From Vicinamibacterales bacterium (GTDB lineage Bacteria; Acidobacteriota; Vicinamibacteria; Vicinamibacterales; SCN-69-37): DNA of 64,000 bases. Of the stretch, positions 37,077 through 56,193 are shown piece by piece (the first letter of the stretch is position 1; every line of letters starts with the position of its first letter). The translations under genes and the position numbers were made by a program. Below the pieces are notes generated by a model. That model had not been told where the DNA came from and did not search any database. It saw only the letters and a program-made list of their open reading frames with translations. The stretch is from the NCBI GenBank assembly GCA_035512575.1, contig DATKDT010000078.1:32896-96895 (forward strand). Direction: 5' to 3'.

Positions 37077-37098
37077 GCGGGATGATATAGTCCTGTCC
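37077..37098. promoter_or_regulatory. Bidirectional overlapping -10 elements
   Basis: TG-a-TATAGT (+, 37083-37091) 7 nt before GTG 37099; TATCAT (-, 37087-37082) 5 nt before ATG 37076. Confidence 0.6.
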
Positions 37099-38412
<1,314 letters not shown>

Positions 38413-38413
38413 T

Positions 38414-38887
38414 ATGGGCGGACGCGTTCAGCCGGCGCTGCTCGGTGGGCTGTTCATCGGCGTCCTGTCCACGCTGCCGATCATCAACATCGGCAACGCC
38501 TGCTGCTGTCTCTGGGTCATCAGCGGCGGCGCCCTTGCCGCGTGGCTGCTGCAGCAAAATCAGGCCGAGCCCATCACCGGGGCCGACGGCGCGCTGATCG
38601 GCCTGATGGCCGGCATCGTGGGCGCCTTCACCGGGGTGCTGCTGCAGATCCCGGTGGAAATCTGGTTCGGGCCGATTCAGCGCGAGTGGATCCAGCGCAT
38701 CATGCAGGGGCAGGGCGAGGTGCCGCCGCAGCTCCTCGAGATGCTCAACCGCCGCATGAGCGCCGCCACCATCGTCGCCGACCTCATCTTCCGCCTCGTC
38801 GCCTACGTCATCTTCGGCATGCTCGGCGGTGTGCTCGGTGTCGCCATCTTCCGGCGCAAGGGCGCCACCGTCAAGACTGAAGACTGA
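38414..38887 (+). CDS. Hypothetical membrane protein
   Basis: About four hydrophobic helices and a CCC motif; C-terminus VKTED is encoded by the heptamer repeat. Confidence 0.7.
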   Translation: MGGRVQPALLGGLFIGVLSTLPIINIGNACCCLWVISGGALAAWLLQQNQAEPITGADGALIGLMAGIVGAFTGVLLQIPVEIWFGPIQREWIQRIMQGQGEVPPQLLEMLNRRMSAATIVADLIFRLVAYVIFGMLGGVLGVAIFRRKGATVKTED

Positions 38888-38949
38888 AGACTGAAGACGA
38901 AAGAGGGTTCGCCTTCTTCTTGAGTCTTCAGTCTTTAGTCTTTAGTCTT
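38873..38949. repeat. Two inverted heptamer arrays forming a long hairpin
   Basis: (AAGACTG)3 AAGACGA AAGAGGG ... TCTTCTT GAGTCTT CAGTCTT (TAGTCTT)2. Confidence 0.9.
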
Positions 38950-38954
38950 AACCC

Positions 38955-40940
<1,986 letters not shown>

Positions 40941-40944
40941 GCGG

Positions 40945-42036
40945 CTAGACGCGCCCGCGCAGCCGTTCGACCGCGGCGAGCGACACGTAGGTGTGGCGGC
41001 CGCGGCGCGTCGGCGAGAGACGCCCTTCGCGCAGCATGCGGCGGATCGTCAGCGTGCCGGTGCCGAGCGCCGCCGCGGCGGTCGCAATCGAGACCTCATC
41101 CGGCCGGATGATGCCGCGCTCGCTGCGATCGCCGCCGTCCATCAGCCCCCTGTTGATCGCGTGCGTCGCTTCGCGCAGCACGTCCTCGGGGCCGACGCCG
41201 GCCGGCATCACCTCCGTCCCGATCACCGCGATCGTCATCGTCACCGGCACGCGGCTGCCGTCGCGATGATCTTCGAGCACGAGCCACTGGCGCACGCTCA
41301 GGCGAAACCGCTCGGCCAGCATCGCCGCCGCTTCCGGCTCGGTGTCGGGCAGCACCGCGCAGAGCGTGTTGCCGTCGAAGCGCGTGAGCCAGTCGTGCAC
41401 GCGGAAGTACCGCCGGCTCAGGATGCCCACGCGCTCGAGCACGCGTTCGCTCGTGCCGGGGCCGAGCGTCTCGTCGAGCGCGTGCAGGCGATCGATGGCG
41501 ATCAGCAGCAGCGCGAGCGGGCGGCCGTGCCGTTCGGCGCGCGCAATTTCGTGCGGCAGCACGAGGTCGAGCAGGCGCCGCGTCAGCACGGTGGTGGTCT
41601 GGTCGTAGACGAGCTCGGGCGCCGCATTGAGCGCGGCCGCGTAGCGGGCGAGCAGGGTGAGCGTGCCGCTGCGGACGCGGTGCGCCACGAACGGCCAGGA
41701 GACCGATGTGGCGCCCAGATCGGGATCGGGCGCGAGCTCGTCGAGCAGCGCCCGCTCGACGGTGCCGGCCGCCTCGAACAGCACGGCCACGGGCACCCGC
41801 GAGGGGCTGATGGCCAGCAGCTCGGCGAGGCGGGCCTGGACCTCGCCGGCGGCCGAGCCTCCGGCCAGCGCCGCCTGGAGCCGGGCGCACGCGCCCATCG
41901 CGAGGCGCCAGCCTGCCGCGTCTTCCTGGTCCTCGGGGCGATACCGCTCGGCGTCGGCCTGAATGGCCGGGGCCAGCGCCCTCAGCGCATCGGCAAAGGC
42001 CGTGGAAGTCGCGGCTGAGACGAGTTCGTCAGCCAC
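40945..42036 (-). CDS. Degenerate GGDEF domain protein with C-terminal excisionase-type HTH
   Basis: DQTT.V..RR, LALLLIAID, RVHD-WLT-RF-DGNTL, VLPDT, VTMTIAV; C-terminal VSIATAAAALG...TIRRMLREGRL. Confidence 0.75.
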   Translation of the reverse strand: MADELVSAATSTAFADALRALAPAIQADAERYRPEDQEDAAGWRLAMGACARLQAALAGGSAAGEVQARLAELLAISPSRVPVAVLFEAAGTVERALLDELAPDPDLGATSVSWPFVAHRVRSGTLTLLARYAAALNAAPELVYDQTTTVLTRRLLDLVLPHEIARAERHGRPLALLLIAIDRLHALDETLGPGTSERVLERVGILSRRYFRVHDWLTRFDGNTLCAVLPDTEPEAAAMLAERFRLSVRQWLVLEDHRDGSRVPVTMTIAVIGTEVMPAGVGPEDVLREATHAINRGLMDGGDRSERGIIRPDEVSIATAAAALGTGTLTIRRMLREGRLSPTRRGRHTYVSLAAVERLRGRV

Positions 42037-42050
42037 GTCGACCGCAGTTT

Positions 42051-42113
42051 ACGCCAGTGTCCAGGCGTTCGCACCTGGACGCCAGTGTCCAGGCGTTCGC
42101 ACCTGGACGCCAG
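42051..42113 (+). repeat. Perfect 28-bp tandem repeat (2.25 copies), each unit a hairpin
   Basis: ACGCCAGTGTCCAGGCGTTCGCACCTGG at 42051 and 42079, plus ACGCCAG; stem GTCCAGG/CCTGGAC. Confidence 0.9.
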
Positions 42114-42243
42114 GGGCCCGGCGGACGCTAAACCTTGCACCCCGCTGAGCCGACAAGCTTTACGCCCGTGCGCTCCCGCCTCGACGGCAGAGCCGTTCGC
42201 GCCGCCGCGCATCTTGTGGTGAAATACAGGATCCCTAGCAACT

Positions 42244-44184
<1,941 letters not shown>

Positions 44185-44220
44185 TCGTGATCGCCCGCCT
44201 GCCGTGAGCGAAGCCGAACG

Positions 44221-45036
44221 GTGAAGGACTACTACACCCTGCTCGCGGTCGACCCCGGCGCGACCATCGACGACATCAAGCGCGCCTTCCGCCGCGAGAT
44301 CGCCCGCTACCATCCCGACAAGGTCCATCACCTCGGCCGCGAGTTCCAGGCGCTGGCCGCCGAGCGCGCCGCCGAGCTCACCGAGGCCTATCGCGTGCTG
44401 ATGGACGCGAGCCTGCGCGCCGCGTACGACGAGGAGCGCGGCAAGCCGACGGGCGCCGAAACCGCGTGGCGGCCGCCGGCGCCGCCCGAGACTCCGGCGG
44501 CGGAGCCGCCGCCCGGCGCCGCGCGCGCCCGCGCGGAGGCGCCGCCCGAGCCGCCGCCGCGGGAGGCAAAGCGCCCGCAGGCCGACGGCGGCGGCACGTT
44601 CGTCCGGCGCATGGCGATCAACAAGATCCGCAACGCCATCGAGCGGGCGCTCGAGGGCGTGACGTCGATGCCCGCGCCGGGCTTCGAGGCGGGCTATCTG
44701 GTCAAGGGGAAGCGGTCGCTGTTCGGCAAAGCGGTGCCCGAACGGGTGCTGACGGCGTATGTCGGAAGCGTCACGGCCGGCGCGGTGACGTCGCTCGGCC
44801 AGCAGGCGCTGGCGGCGCGCGGCGCGGTCACCGCGCTGACGGTGTTTGCCCTCGGCGAGAGCGTGGGCCCGGCGCCGGAGATTTCCAGCGCGGTGACCGC
44901 CCTCAAGCGCCGGGCGCCGGCCGGCGTCACCCTCAGCGTGGTGCCGCTCAACGTGCGCGACTGGAGCGCGATGATGCCGAAGGACGCCTCGGCCAACGCC
45001 CGGTCCGTCATCGCGCAACTTACGGCGAAGGACTGA
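44221..45036 (+). CDS. J-domain (DnaJ-like) protein with Pro-rich linker and unknown C-terminal domain
   Basis: DYYTLL.V...A...DIKRAFR......HPDK...EAYRVL.D...R..YD. Confidence 0.85.
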   Translation: MKDYYTLLAVDPGATIDDIKRAFRREIARYHPDKVHHLGREFQALAAERAAELTEAYRVLMDASLRAAYDEERGKPTGAETAWRPPAPPETPAAEPPPGAARARAEAPPEPPPREAKRPQADGGGTFVRRMAINKIRNAIERALEGVTSMPAPGFEAGYLVKGKRSLFGKAVPERVLTAYVGSVTAGAVTSLGQQALAARGAVTALTVFALGESVGPAPEISSAVTALKRRAPAGVTLSVVPLNVRDWSAMMPKDASANARSVIAQLTAKD

Positions 45037-45054
45037 CGTAGATCAGATGCGGAC

Positions 45055-45078
45055 GCCGGGGCTGAAGCCCCGGCCTAC
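45055..45078 (-). repeat. GTAG-family REP element
   Basis: Minus strand GTAG-GCCGGGGC-TTCA-GCCCCGGC. Confidence 0.7.
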
Positions 45079-45095
45079 AATACGGAAACGAATCG

Positions 45096-45782
<687 letters not shown>

Positions 45783-45783
45783 C

Positions 45784-45804
45784 GACTGAATACGGACTTC
45801 AGTC
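45784..45804. terminator. Hairpin between convergent genes
   Basis: GACTGAA-tacggac-TTCAGTC; the arm is a rotation of the AAGACTG heptamer. Confidence 0.4.
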
Positions 45805-45806
45805 CC

Positions 45807-46688
45807 TCAGATAGAGGCCCAATGTCCGGGCTCCACTTCGCGCAGCGGCAGCGTGCGATCGAAGGCGGCGCCGTCGTAGGGCACGCGCACCGGCCGGCGG
45901 GCGGGATCGGGCAGCGGGATGGCGGAGAGCAGCGCGCGCGTGTAGTCGTGGCGCGGCTGTGAGAAGACGCGCTCGGCGTCCGAGAGCTCCACGATGCGGC
46001 CGCGGTAGATGACCGCGACCCGATCGCAGATCTGCCGGACCAGCCGGAGATCGTGCGCGATGAAGAGATACGTCAGCTTCAGGCGCTCCTGAAGGTCCAT
46101 CAGCAGGTTGACCACCTGCGCCTGCACCGACACGTCGAGCGCCGACACCGGTTCGTCGGCGATGATCAGCGACGGATTGAGCGCGAGCGCGCGGGCCAGG
46201 CCGATGCGCTGGCGCTGCCCGCCGCTGAACTGGTGCGGGAACCGGTCGAGGTGCGACGGATCGAGGCCGACGAGGCCGAACAGCTCCTCGACCCTCGCGC
46301 GCCGCGAGGCCTTGTCGCCGATGCCGTGGATGACGAGCGGCTCCTCGACGATCTGCCGGACTTTCAGCCGCGGATTCAGAGACGAGAAAGGGTCCTGGAA
46401 GACGATCTGCAGGTTGCGCCGCTCCAGCCGCATCTGCTCGGGCGGGAGCGTGAGGAGGTTGCGGCCGCGGAAGATCACTTCGCCCGATGTCGGCTCGATC
46501 AACCTGAGGATGCAGCGACCCGTGGTCGACTTGCCGCTGCCTGATTCGCCCACGAGGCCGAACGTCTCGCCCTCGCGCACCTCGAACGACACGTCTTCGA
46601 CGGCCCGCACGATGCGCGGCTTCTGAAACAGCCCGCGCCGCGACTCGAATTCCTTCGTGAGATTCCTGACCGTCAGCAGCGCGCTCAC
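45807..46688 (-). CDS. Oligopeptide/dipeptide ABC ATP-binding protein (OppF/DppF-like)
   Basis: GGAGG RBS before GTG 46688; [25 protein letters not shown]. Confidence 0.9.
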   Translation of the reverse strand: MSALLTVRNLTKEFESRRGLFQKPRIVRAVEDVSFEVREGETFGLVGESGSGKSTTGRCILRLIEPTSGEVIFRGRNLLTLPPEQMRLERRNLQIVFQDPFSSLNPRLKVRQIVEEPLVIHGIGDKASRRARVEELFGLVGLDPSHLDRFPHQFSGGQRQRIGLARALALNPSLIIADEPVSALDVSVQAQVVNLLMDLQERLKLTYLFIAHDLRLVRQICDRVAVIYRGRIVELSDAERVFSQPRHDYTRALLSAIPLPDPARRPVRVPYDGAAFDRTLPLREVEPGHWASI

Positions 46689-46701
46689 CGGTGGCCTCCG
46701 G

Positions 46702-47730
46702 TCATGTGTTTCCACCCTTCGGAGGCATCATCGGCGACGGATACAGGTAGCACTTCACCGTTCGGCCGCCCTCCATCAGCGCATCGCCGGGGCGTGCCTT
46801 GTCGCACGGCTCGAACCGGTCGGGACAGCGCGGCGCGAACGCGCACCCGGGCGGCAGGTTGCCGAGCGGCGGCACCGTGCCTGGAATGGCCCGCAGCTGC
46901 CGGCCCTGATCGCGGCCCGGCATCGACCCGAGCAGCCCGCGCGTGTAGGGATGCAAGGGGTCGGCGAAGATGGCGCCCACCGGCGACTGCTCGACGATGC
47001 GGCCGGCGTACATCACGGCGACACGGTCGGCCGTTTCCGCCACGACGCCGAGATCGTGGGTGATGAGCAGCAGCGCAAGGCCGAACCGGTCCTTCATTTC
47101 GCGCAGCAGATCGAGAATTTCGGCCTGCACCGTGACGTCGAGCGCGGTCGTGGGCTCGTCGGCAATGAGCAGCGCGGGATTGCAGGCGAGGGCCATGGCA
47201 ATGAGCGCGCGCTGGCGCTGGCCGCCCGACAGCTGATGCGGGTAGTCGCGGAGGCGGCGTTCCGGATCGGGCAGCCGCACCGCGTCGAGCAGCTCCACCG
47301 CCTTCCGCCCGGCGGCGCGCCCCGTGGCGACGTCGTGCGCCGCGAGCGTCTCGACCAGCTGTGAGCCGATCGTGAACACCGGGTTGAGCGCGGTCATCGG
47401 CTCCTGGAAGACGAAGCCGACCGCCGCGCCGCGGATGCGCCGCAGCTCCCGCTCGCGCAGGCCGCGCAGCTCCGTGCCGTTGAATCGAATCGATCCCTCG
47501 ACGATGCGGCCCGGCGGCGGCACGAGGCCGATCAGCGCGAGGGCGCTCAGCGATTTGCCGCTGCCCGATTCGCCGACGAGCCCGAGCGTCTCGCCCCGCT
47601 CCACATGGAACGTCACGCCGTCGACGGCGCGGAGCGGCCCCGTCGGCGACGGGAACTCGACGGTCAGGTCGTCGATGGAGAGCAGCGGTCGATTGCCGGA
47701 TTGCGCTGCGGCGTCAGATGAGGAGTTCAC
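46702..47730 (-). CDS. Oligopeptide/dipeptide ABC ATP-binding protein (OppD/DppD-like)
   Basis: [38 protein letters not shown] tail. Confidence 0.9.
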   Translation of the reverse strand: MNSSSDAAAQSGNRPLLSIDDLTVEFPSPTGPLRAVDGVTFHVERGETLGLVGESGSGKSLSALALIGLVPPPGRIVEGSIRFNGTELRGLRERELRRIRGAAVGFVFQEPMTALNPVFTIGSQLVETLAAHDVATGRAAGRKAVELLDAVRLPDPERRLRDYPHQLSGGQRQRALIAMALACNPALLIADEPTTALDVTVQAEILDLLREMKDRFGLALLLITHDLGVVAETADRVAVMYAGRIVEQSPVGAIFADPLHPYTRGLLGSMPGRDQGRQLRAIPGTVPPLGNLPPGCAFAPRCPDRFEPCDKARPGDALMEGGRTVKCYLYPSPMMPPKGGNT

Positions 47731-49264
47731 GGTGCTCCCCGAACACGCCCCTGAGCGCGTCCGAAATTTCGCCGAGCGTGGCCCTCGCCTCGACCGCGGC
47801 GATGATGGGCGGCACGAGGTTCGTGCCGCCGCCGGCGGCGGCCGTGACACTGTCCATGGCGGCGCGCCAGGCGCCGGCGTCGCGCGAGGCGCGGACGGCC
47901 CGCACCCGCTCGATCTGGCCCGGCTCGACCTGCGGATCGAGCGCCAGCAGCGGAATCGGCGCGTGTGTGTCGGTCACGTAGGCATTGACGCCGACCACCT
48001 GTGCGTCGCCCGTGTCGATGGCCTGCTGCGCGGCGTAGGCGGCGTCCTGGATCTGGCGCTGCACGAGCCCCGCCTCGACGGCGCGAAGCGTGCCGCCGGC
48101 CTTGTCGATGGCGTCGAGGAGCGCCTCGGCGCCGGCCTGGATGGCGGCCGTCCGCCGCTCGATCTCCCACGCGCCGCCGGCGGGATCCACCGTGTTCGCG
48201 ACCCCCGATTCCGACGCGATGATCTGCTGCGTGCGCAGCGCGATGCGCGCCGCCTCCTCGGTCGGCAGCGCGAGGGCCTCGTCGCGCCCGTTGCAGTGTA
48301 GCGACTGCGTGCCGCCGAGCACCGCGGCGAGCGCCTGGATGGCGACACGGACGATGTTGTTGTCGGGCTGCTGCGCGGTCAGCGTGCTGCCGCCGGTCTG
48401 CGTGTGGAACCGCATCTGCAGCGCGCGCGGCTCGGTGGCGCCGAACCGCTCGCGCATCACCCGCGCCCACAGCTGCCGGGCGGCGCGGAACTTCGCGATC
48501 TCCTCGAGGAAGTCGTTGTGCGCGGCGAAGAAGAAGGACAGCCGGCGCCCGAACGAGTCGACGTCGAGCCCGGCATCGCGCGCGGCCTCGACGTACGCGA
48601 CGGCGTTGGCGATCGTGAACCCGACTTCCTGCACGGCGGTCGCGCCCGCCTCGCGGATGTGGTATCCGCTGATCGAAATGGTGTTCCAGTTCGGCAGCTC
48701 GCGCTCGCACCAGGCGAAGATATCGGTGACGATTCGCAGGGAGTGCCGCGGGGGGAAGATGTACGTGCTCCGCGCGATGTACTCCTTGAGGATGTCGTTT
48801 TGAATGGTGCCCGACAGCGCGGCCGGGGCCATGCCGCGGCGCCGCGCGACGGCCACGTAGAGCGCGAGCAGGATGATGGCCGTGGCGTTGATCGTCATCG
48901 ACGTGGAGACGCGGTCGAGCGGGATGCCGTCGAACAGCGTCGCCATGTCGTCGATCGAGTCGATGGCGACGCCGACGCGGCCGACTTCGCCCGCCGACAT
49001 GGGGTGATCGGAGTCGTACCCCATCTGGGTCGGCAGATCGAAGGCCACGCTCAGGCCGCTGACGCCGCGATCGAGCAGGTAGCGGTAGCGCCGGTTCGAC
49101 TCCGCCGCCGTGCCGAACCCGGCGTACTGCCGCATGGTCCACAGGCGGCCGCGGTACATCGTGGGCTGGATGCCGCGCGTATAGGGATAGACGCCGGGCC
49201 GGCCGGCGCCGGGGTCTGGCTCAGCCGGAACATCGGCGCGCGTGGCAAACAAACGATCCGGCAC
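47714..49264 (-). CDS. Methylmalonyl-CoA mutase, substrate-binding subunit without B12-binding domain
   Basis: [61 protein letters not shown] 6 nt before the GTG. Confidence 0.9.
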   Translation of the reverse strand: MPDRLFATRADVPAEPDPGAGRPGVYPYTRGIQPTMYRGRLWTMRQYAGFGTAAESNRRYRYLLDRGVSGLSVAFDLPTQMGYDSDHPMSAGEVGRVGVAIDSIDDMATLFDGIPLDRVSTSMTINATAIILLALYVAVARRRGMAPAALSGTIQNDILKEYIARSTYIFPPRHSLRIVTDIFAWCERELPNWNTISISGYHIREAGATAVQEVGFTIANAVAYVEAARDAGLDVDSFGRRLSFFFAAHNDFLEEIAKFRAARQLWARVMRERFGATEPRALQMRFHTQTGGSTLTAQQPDNNIVRVAIQALAAVLGGTQSLHCNGRDEALALPTEEAARIALRTQQIIASESGVANTVDPAGGAWEIERRTAAIQAGAEALLDAIDKAGGTLRAVEAGLVQRQIQDAAYAAQQAIDTGDAQVVGVNAYVTDTHAPIPLLALDPQVEPGQIERVRAVRASRDAGAWRAAMDSVTAAAGGGTNLVPPIIAAVEARATLGEISDALRGVFGEHRELLI

Positions 49265-49300
49265 CTCGAAATTCTATAGCGGGTTGGCCTGTACGGACCG

Positions 49301-49309
49301 TGGTACAAT
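49301..49309 (+). promoter_or_regulatory. Extended -10 TG-g-TACAAT
   Basis: About 150 nt upstream of ATG 49458. Confidence 0.5.
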
Positions 49310-49457
49310 GCCCGCCAAGTTCCCACTCTGCAGCTCACGCTCACCATGGACATCAGTGCATGCGCGTTCGCCGCCCGTTTCGCCAGAAGCAGGGCCGTCG
49401 ACGTACGCACATCAGCGCCCGGCATCCCGGACCGGACGCAAAGCAGGAGGCCTTGAC

Positions 49458-49769
49458 ATGGATAACGTCACGAACCGGCTGGCCCGGGAGATGGCAGATG
49501 CCATTGCCGCCGCAGTTGCCGACGATCAGCGCGTCGAAGCATGCCGCGAGAAGGCACGCGCCGCCGGCTATGAATTGCGTGTGACGCTCGAGGCCGTCGT
49601 CGGATTCGCGGGCCGGACGAAACCCGGCGGGCCGGGCGGCCAGCGCCAGTCGAAGCCGCGCGCGCGCACCCACCAGGCGCAGTCGACGGAAATCAGCGCC
49701 AACGATCGGCGCTTCCTGCGCTCGCTGCGCATCGCGGCCGACGAGCCCACGGAGAAGCAGGTCGAATAG
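49458..49769 (+). CDS. Small hypothetical protein
   Basis: AGGAGG RBS; C-terminal [15 protein letters not shown]. Confidence 0.75.
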   Translation: MDNVTNRLAREMADAIAAAVADDQRVEACREKARAAGYELRVTLEAVVGFAGRTKPGGPGGQRQSKPRARTHQAQSTEISANDRRFLRSLRIAADEPTEKQVE

Positions 49770-54045
<4,276 letters not shown>

Positions 54046-54088
54046 AGCTGGGCGATCTTTATGCGAAACGGGGGCCGTTTCAACGCCT

Positions 54089-54118
54089 TTGACCGGGGCC
54101 TTGACACTGGCCTATCAT
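54089..54118 (+). promoter_or_regulatory. Candidate sigma70 promoter TTGACC-N18-TATCAT
   Basis: Lies upstream of the GGAGGT RBS and ATG 54166. Confidence 0.4.
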
Positions 54119-54165
54119 GGTTAGCTGGCGGAACGTTCCTCGCCCCTCGGCTCCCGGAGGTGGTT

Positions 54166-56025
54166 ATGACTCGGCGACATCGGCTCGTCGCGGCGGCGCT
54201 CGCAGGTCTTGGCGGCCTTTCCGGCGTCGCTGCGTCCGACGCGGCCGCGCAGTCTCCCCGGCCGGGCCCGCTCAAGATCACCGAGCAGGCGCACGCCTCG
54301 CAGGCCCGCATCGCGGGCACGATCAGGGACGACCAGGGCACGGCCGTCCAGGGCGCCATCGTCACGGCCATGGGCGTCACCGACAGCCTGACGATCAGCG
54401 ACGCCGCGGGCCGGTTCTCGATGGCCCTGCCGCCGGGCGAATACCAGATTCGCGTCCACCTCGAGGGCTACTCCTCCACGTTCAACCCGATCCTGATGCT
54501 GCGCGCCGCGACCAGCACGACGCGCGACATCGTCCTGCGCCGCACCGGCGAGCGCAGCGTGCTGGCGGCCGGCCTGGGCGGCGCGCCGTCCATCCCCTCG
54601 ATTGGCTCGAACGACCCGAAGCCGCATCCGCACACCGAACAGGCCTGGCGCCTCCGGCATCTGAGGCGCTCCGCGCTCCGCGACTCGAACGCGCTGCCCG
54701 ATGGGCTGGCCGACGAGACGGGCGCGTGGGAGACGTTCGGCCGCGCGGTCGGCCTGCCGGCGCGCCTGGCATCGTCGCTCTTCACGGATCTGCCGCTGGA
54801 CGGCGAGTTCCGGCTGCTGACGGCCGGCGCCATCGGCCCGTACGCGCCGACGTTCGGTGAATTCGGCTCGGGCGGCGTCGCGTATCTGAGCGTGCGCGCG
54901 CCTGTCGGCGCACACGGCGAGTGGTCGGTGCGCGGCACGATGTCGAGCGCCGACTTCAGCACGTGGCTCGTGGCCGGCGACTACGTCGCGAAGGCGAAGA
55001 ACACGCACGCGTTCAACGTGGGCATGACCTACGGCAGCCAGGGCGTCGCGGCGTCCGATCGCAGCCCGATGGCCGTCGCCGCGGTGCTGGCCGAACGCAC
55101 CCGCAACGCGGGACAGGTCTACGCGTTCGATCGCTGGCGCATTTCGCCGACCGTGCTCGTCGATTACGGCAGCCGCATCGACTATTACGACTACCTGTCG
55201 TCGCGCTCGGTGCTCTGGAGCCCCGTGGCGGCGCTCGAGATCACGCCCTGGGGTGAAGGCTCGGCCACGTCGCTCAAGGTGGCCGCCTCGGCGCGACGCG
55301 ACGCGCCGGGCTCGGCCGAGTTCACGCCGCCGCCGGCCGGCCCGTGGCTGCCGCCGCAGCGCATGTTCGCCGCCCTGCCGGGCAGCACGTTCGACGTCGA
55401 GCGCACGAACCACGCCGAAATCGGCATCGAGCATCGCTTCGACGACGCCTATACGATCGGGCTGCGGCACTTCGCGCAGCGGACGGCGAACCAGGTCGCG
55501 TCGCTCTTCGGGCTCGACCGCCCGGGGCTGCCGCCCGAGGGCGGGCATTATTTCGTCGCGTCGATTGGCGACGCGTCGATTGACGGATGGGCCGTGCGCA
55601 TCAGCACGCCGGACGGACAGCCGATCCGCGGCTCGATCGACTACGCGGTGGCCGACGTGGAGTGGATGCCGGTCGCCGACGTCCCGGCGCTCGTCGGCCG
55701 CGCCGCGCGCGACGGCGGCGACCGCATTCACGACGTCACGACGTCGCTCGGCGCCGACGTGCCGCAGACCAAGACGCGCATGCTCATCGTCTATCGCGTC
55801 AGCAACGGCTACGCCACCCTCGACGGTCCGGCGCTCGGCGCGCGCTTCGACATGCAGCTCAATCAGGGCCTGCCGTTCCTGCCGTCCACCGCAGGGGAAT
55901 GGGAAGTGCTGCTGTCGGTCAAGAACACGCTGCGCGACCAGCGCTTCGGCATGTCGATGCTCGACGAGCTGCTTGCCGTTTCGGCCCCGACGCGGGTCGT
56001 GGGCGGCGTGCAGGTCAAATTCTAG
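54166..56025 (+). CDS. Outer-membrane beta-barrel (TonB-receptor-like) protein with carboxypeptidase-regulatory-like N-terminal domain
   Basis: Signal peptide; IAGTIRDDQG..V.GA.V...SDAAGRF...LPPGEY; alternating beta pattern; C-terminal GVQVKF. Confidence 0.7.
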   Translation: MTRRHRLVAAALAGLGGLSGVAASDAAAQSPRPGPLKITEQAHASQARIAGTIRDDQGTAVQGAIVTAMGVTDSLTISDAAGRFSMALPPGEYQIRVHLEGYSSTFNPILMLRAATSTTRDIVLRRTGERSVLAAGLGGAPSIPSIGSNDPKPHPHTEQAWRLRHLRRSALRDSNALPDGLADETGAWETFGRAVGLPARLASSLFTDLPLDGEFRLLTAGAIGPYAPTFGEFGSGGVAYLSVRAPVGAHGEWSVRGTMSSADFSTWLVAGDYVAKAKNTHAFNVGMTYGSQGVAASDRSPMAVAAVLAERTRNAGQVYAFDRWRISPTVLVDYGSRIDYYDYLSSRSVLWSPVAALEITPWGEGSATSLKVAASARRDAPGSAEFTPPPAGPWLPPQRMFAALPGSTFDVERTNHAEIGIEHRFDDAYTIGLRHFAQRTANQVASLFGLDRPGLPPEGGHYFVASIGDASIDGWAVRISTPDGQPIRGSIDYAVADVEWMPVADVPALVGRAARDGGDRIHDVTTSLGADVPQTKTRMLIVYRVSNGYATLDGPALGARFDMQLNQGLPFLPSTAGEWEVLLSVKNTLRDQRFGMSMLDELLAVSAPTRVVGGVQVKF

Positions 56026-56077
56026 CGGCCCGGCCACGGGTTCAGGGATTTGAATCCGTGATCCGCACTGTTGGAGC

Positions 56078-56106
56078 AACGGCGCCCACCCGGGCGCCGT
56101 TTCTTT
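56078..56106 (+). terminator. Rho-independent terminator
   Basis: AACGGCGCCC-accc-GGGCGCCGTT followed by TCTTT. Confidence 0.65.
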
Positions 56107-56107
56107 G

Positions 56108-56172
56108 TAACCTGTTGAAAAATCGATGATTTCGGCCTGCGCCGTCCCCCTCCGCACGGTATACCGATTGCT
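56108..56172 (+). promoter_or_regulatory. sigma54 promoter with upstream IHF-like site
   Basis: CGGTAT-ACCGA-TTGCT at 56157-56172; minus-strand TTTCAA-CAGG-TTA at 56108-56120 (one mismatch to WATCAR-N4-TTR). Confidence 0.55.
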
Positions 56173-56193
56173 GTGTCGGACGGGCTACCTCAC

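Noticed and set aside
42051..42113. Possible mini-CRISPR array
   Set aside because: The units are directly adjacent with no spacers, and there are no cas genes.
42122..42139. sigma54 promoter upstream of the PilB-like gene
   Set aside because: The GG to TTGCA spacing is 2 nt too long.
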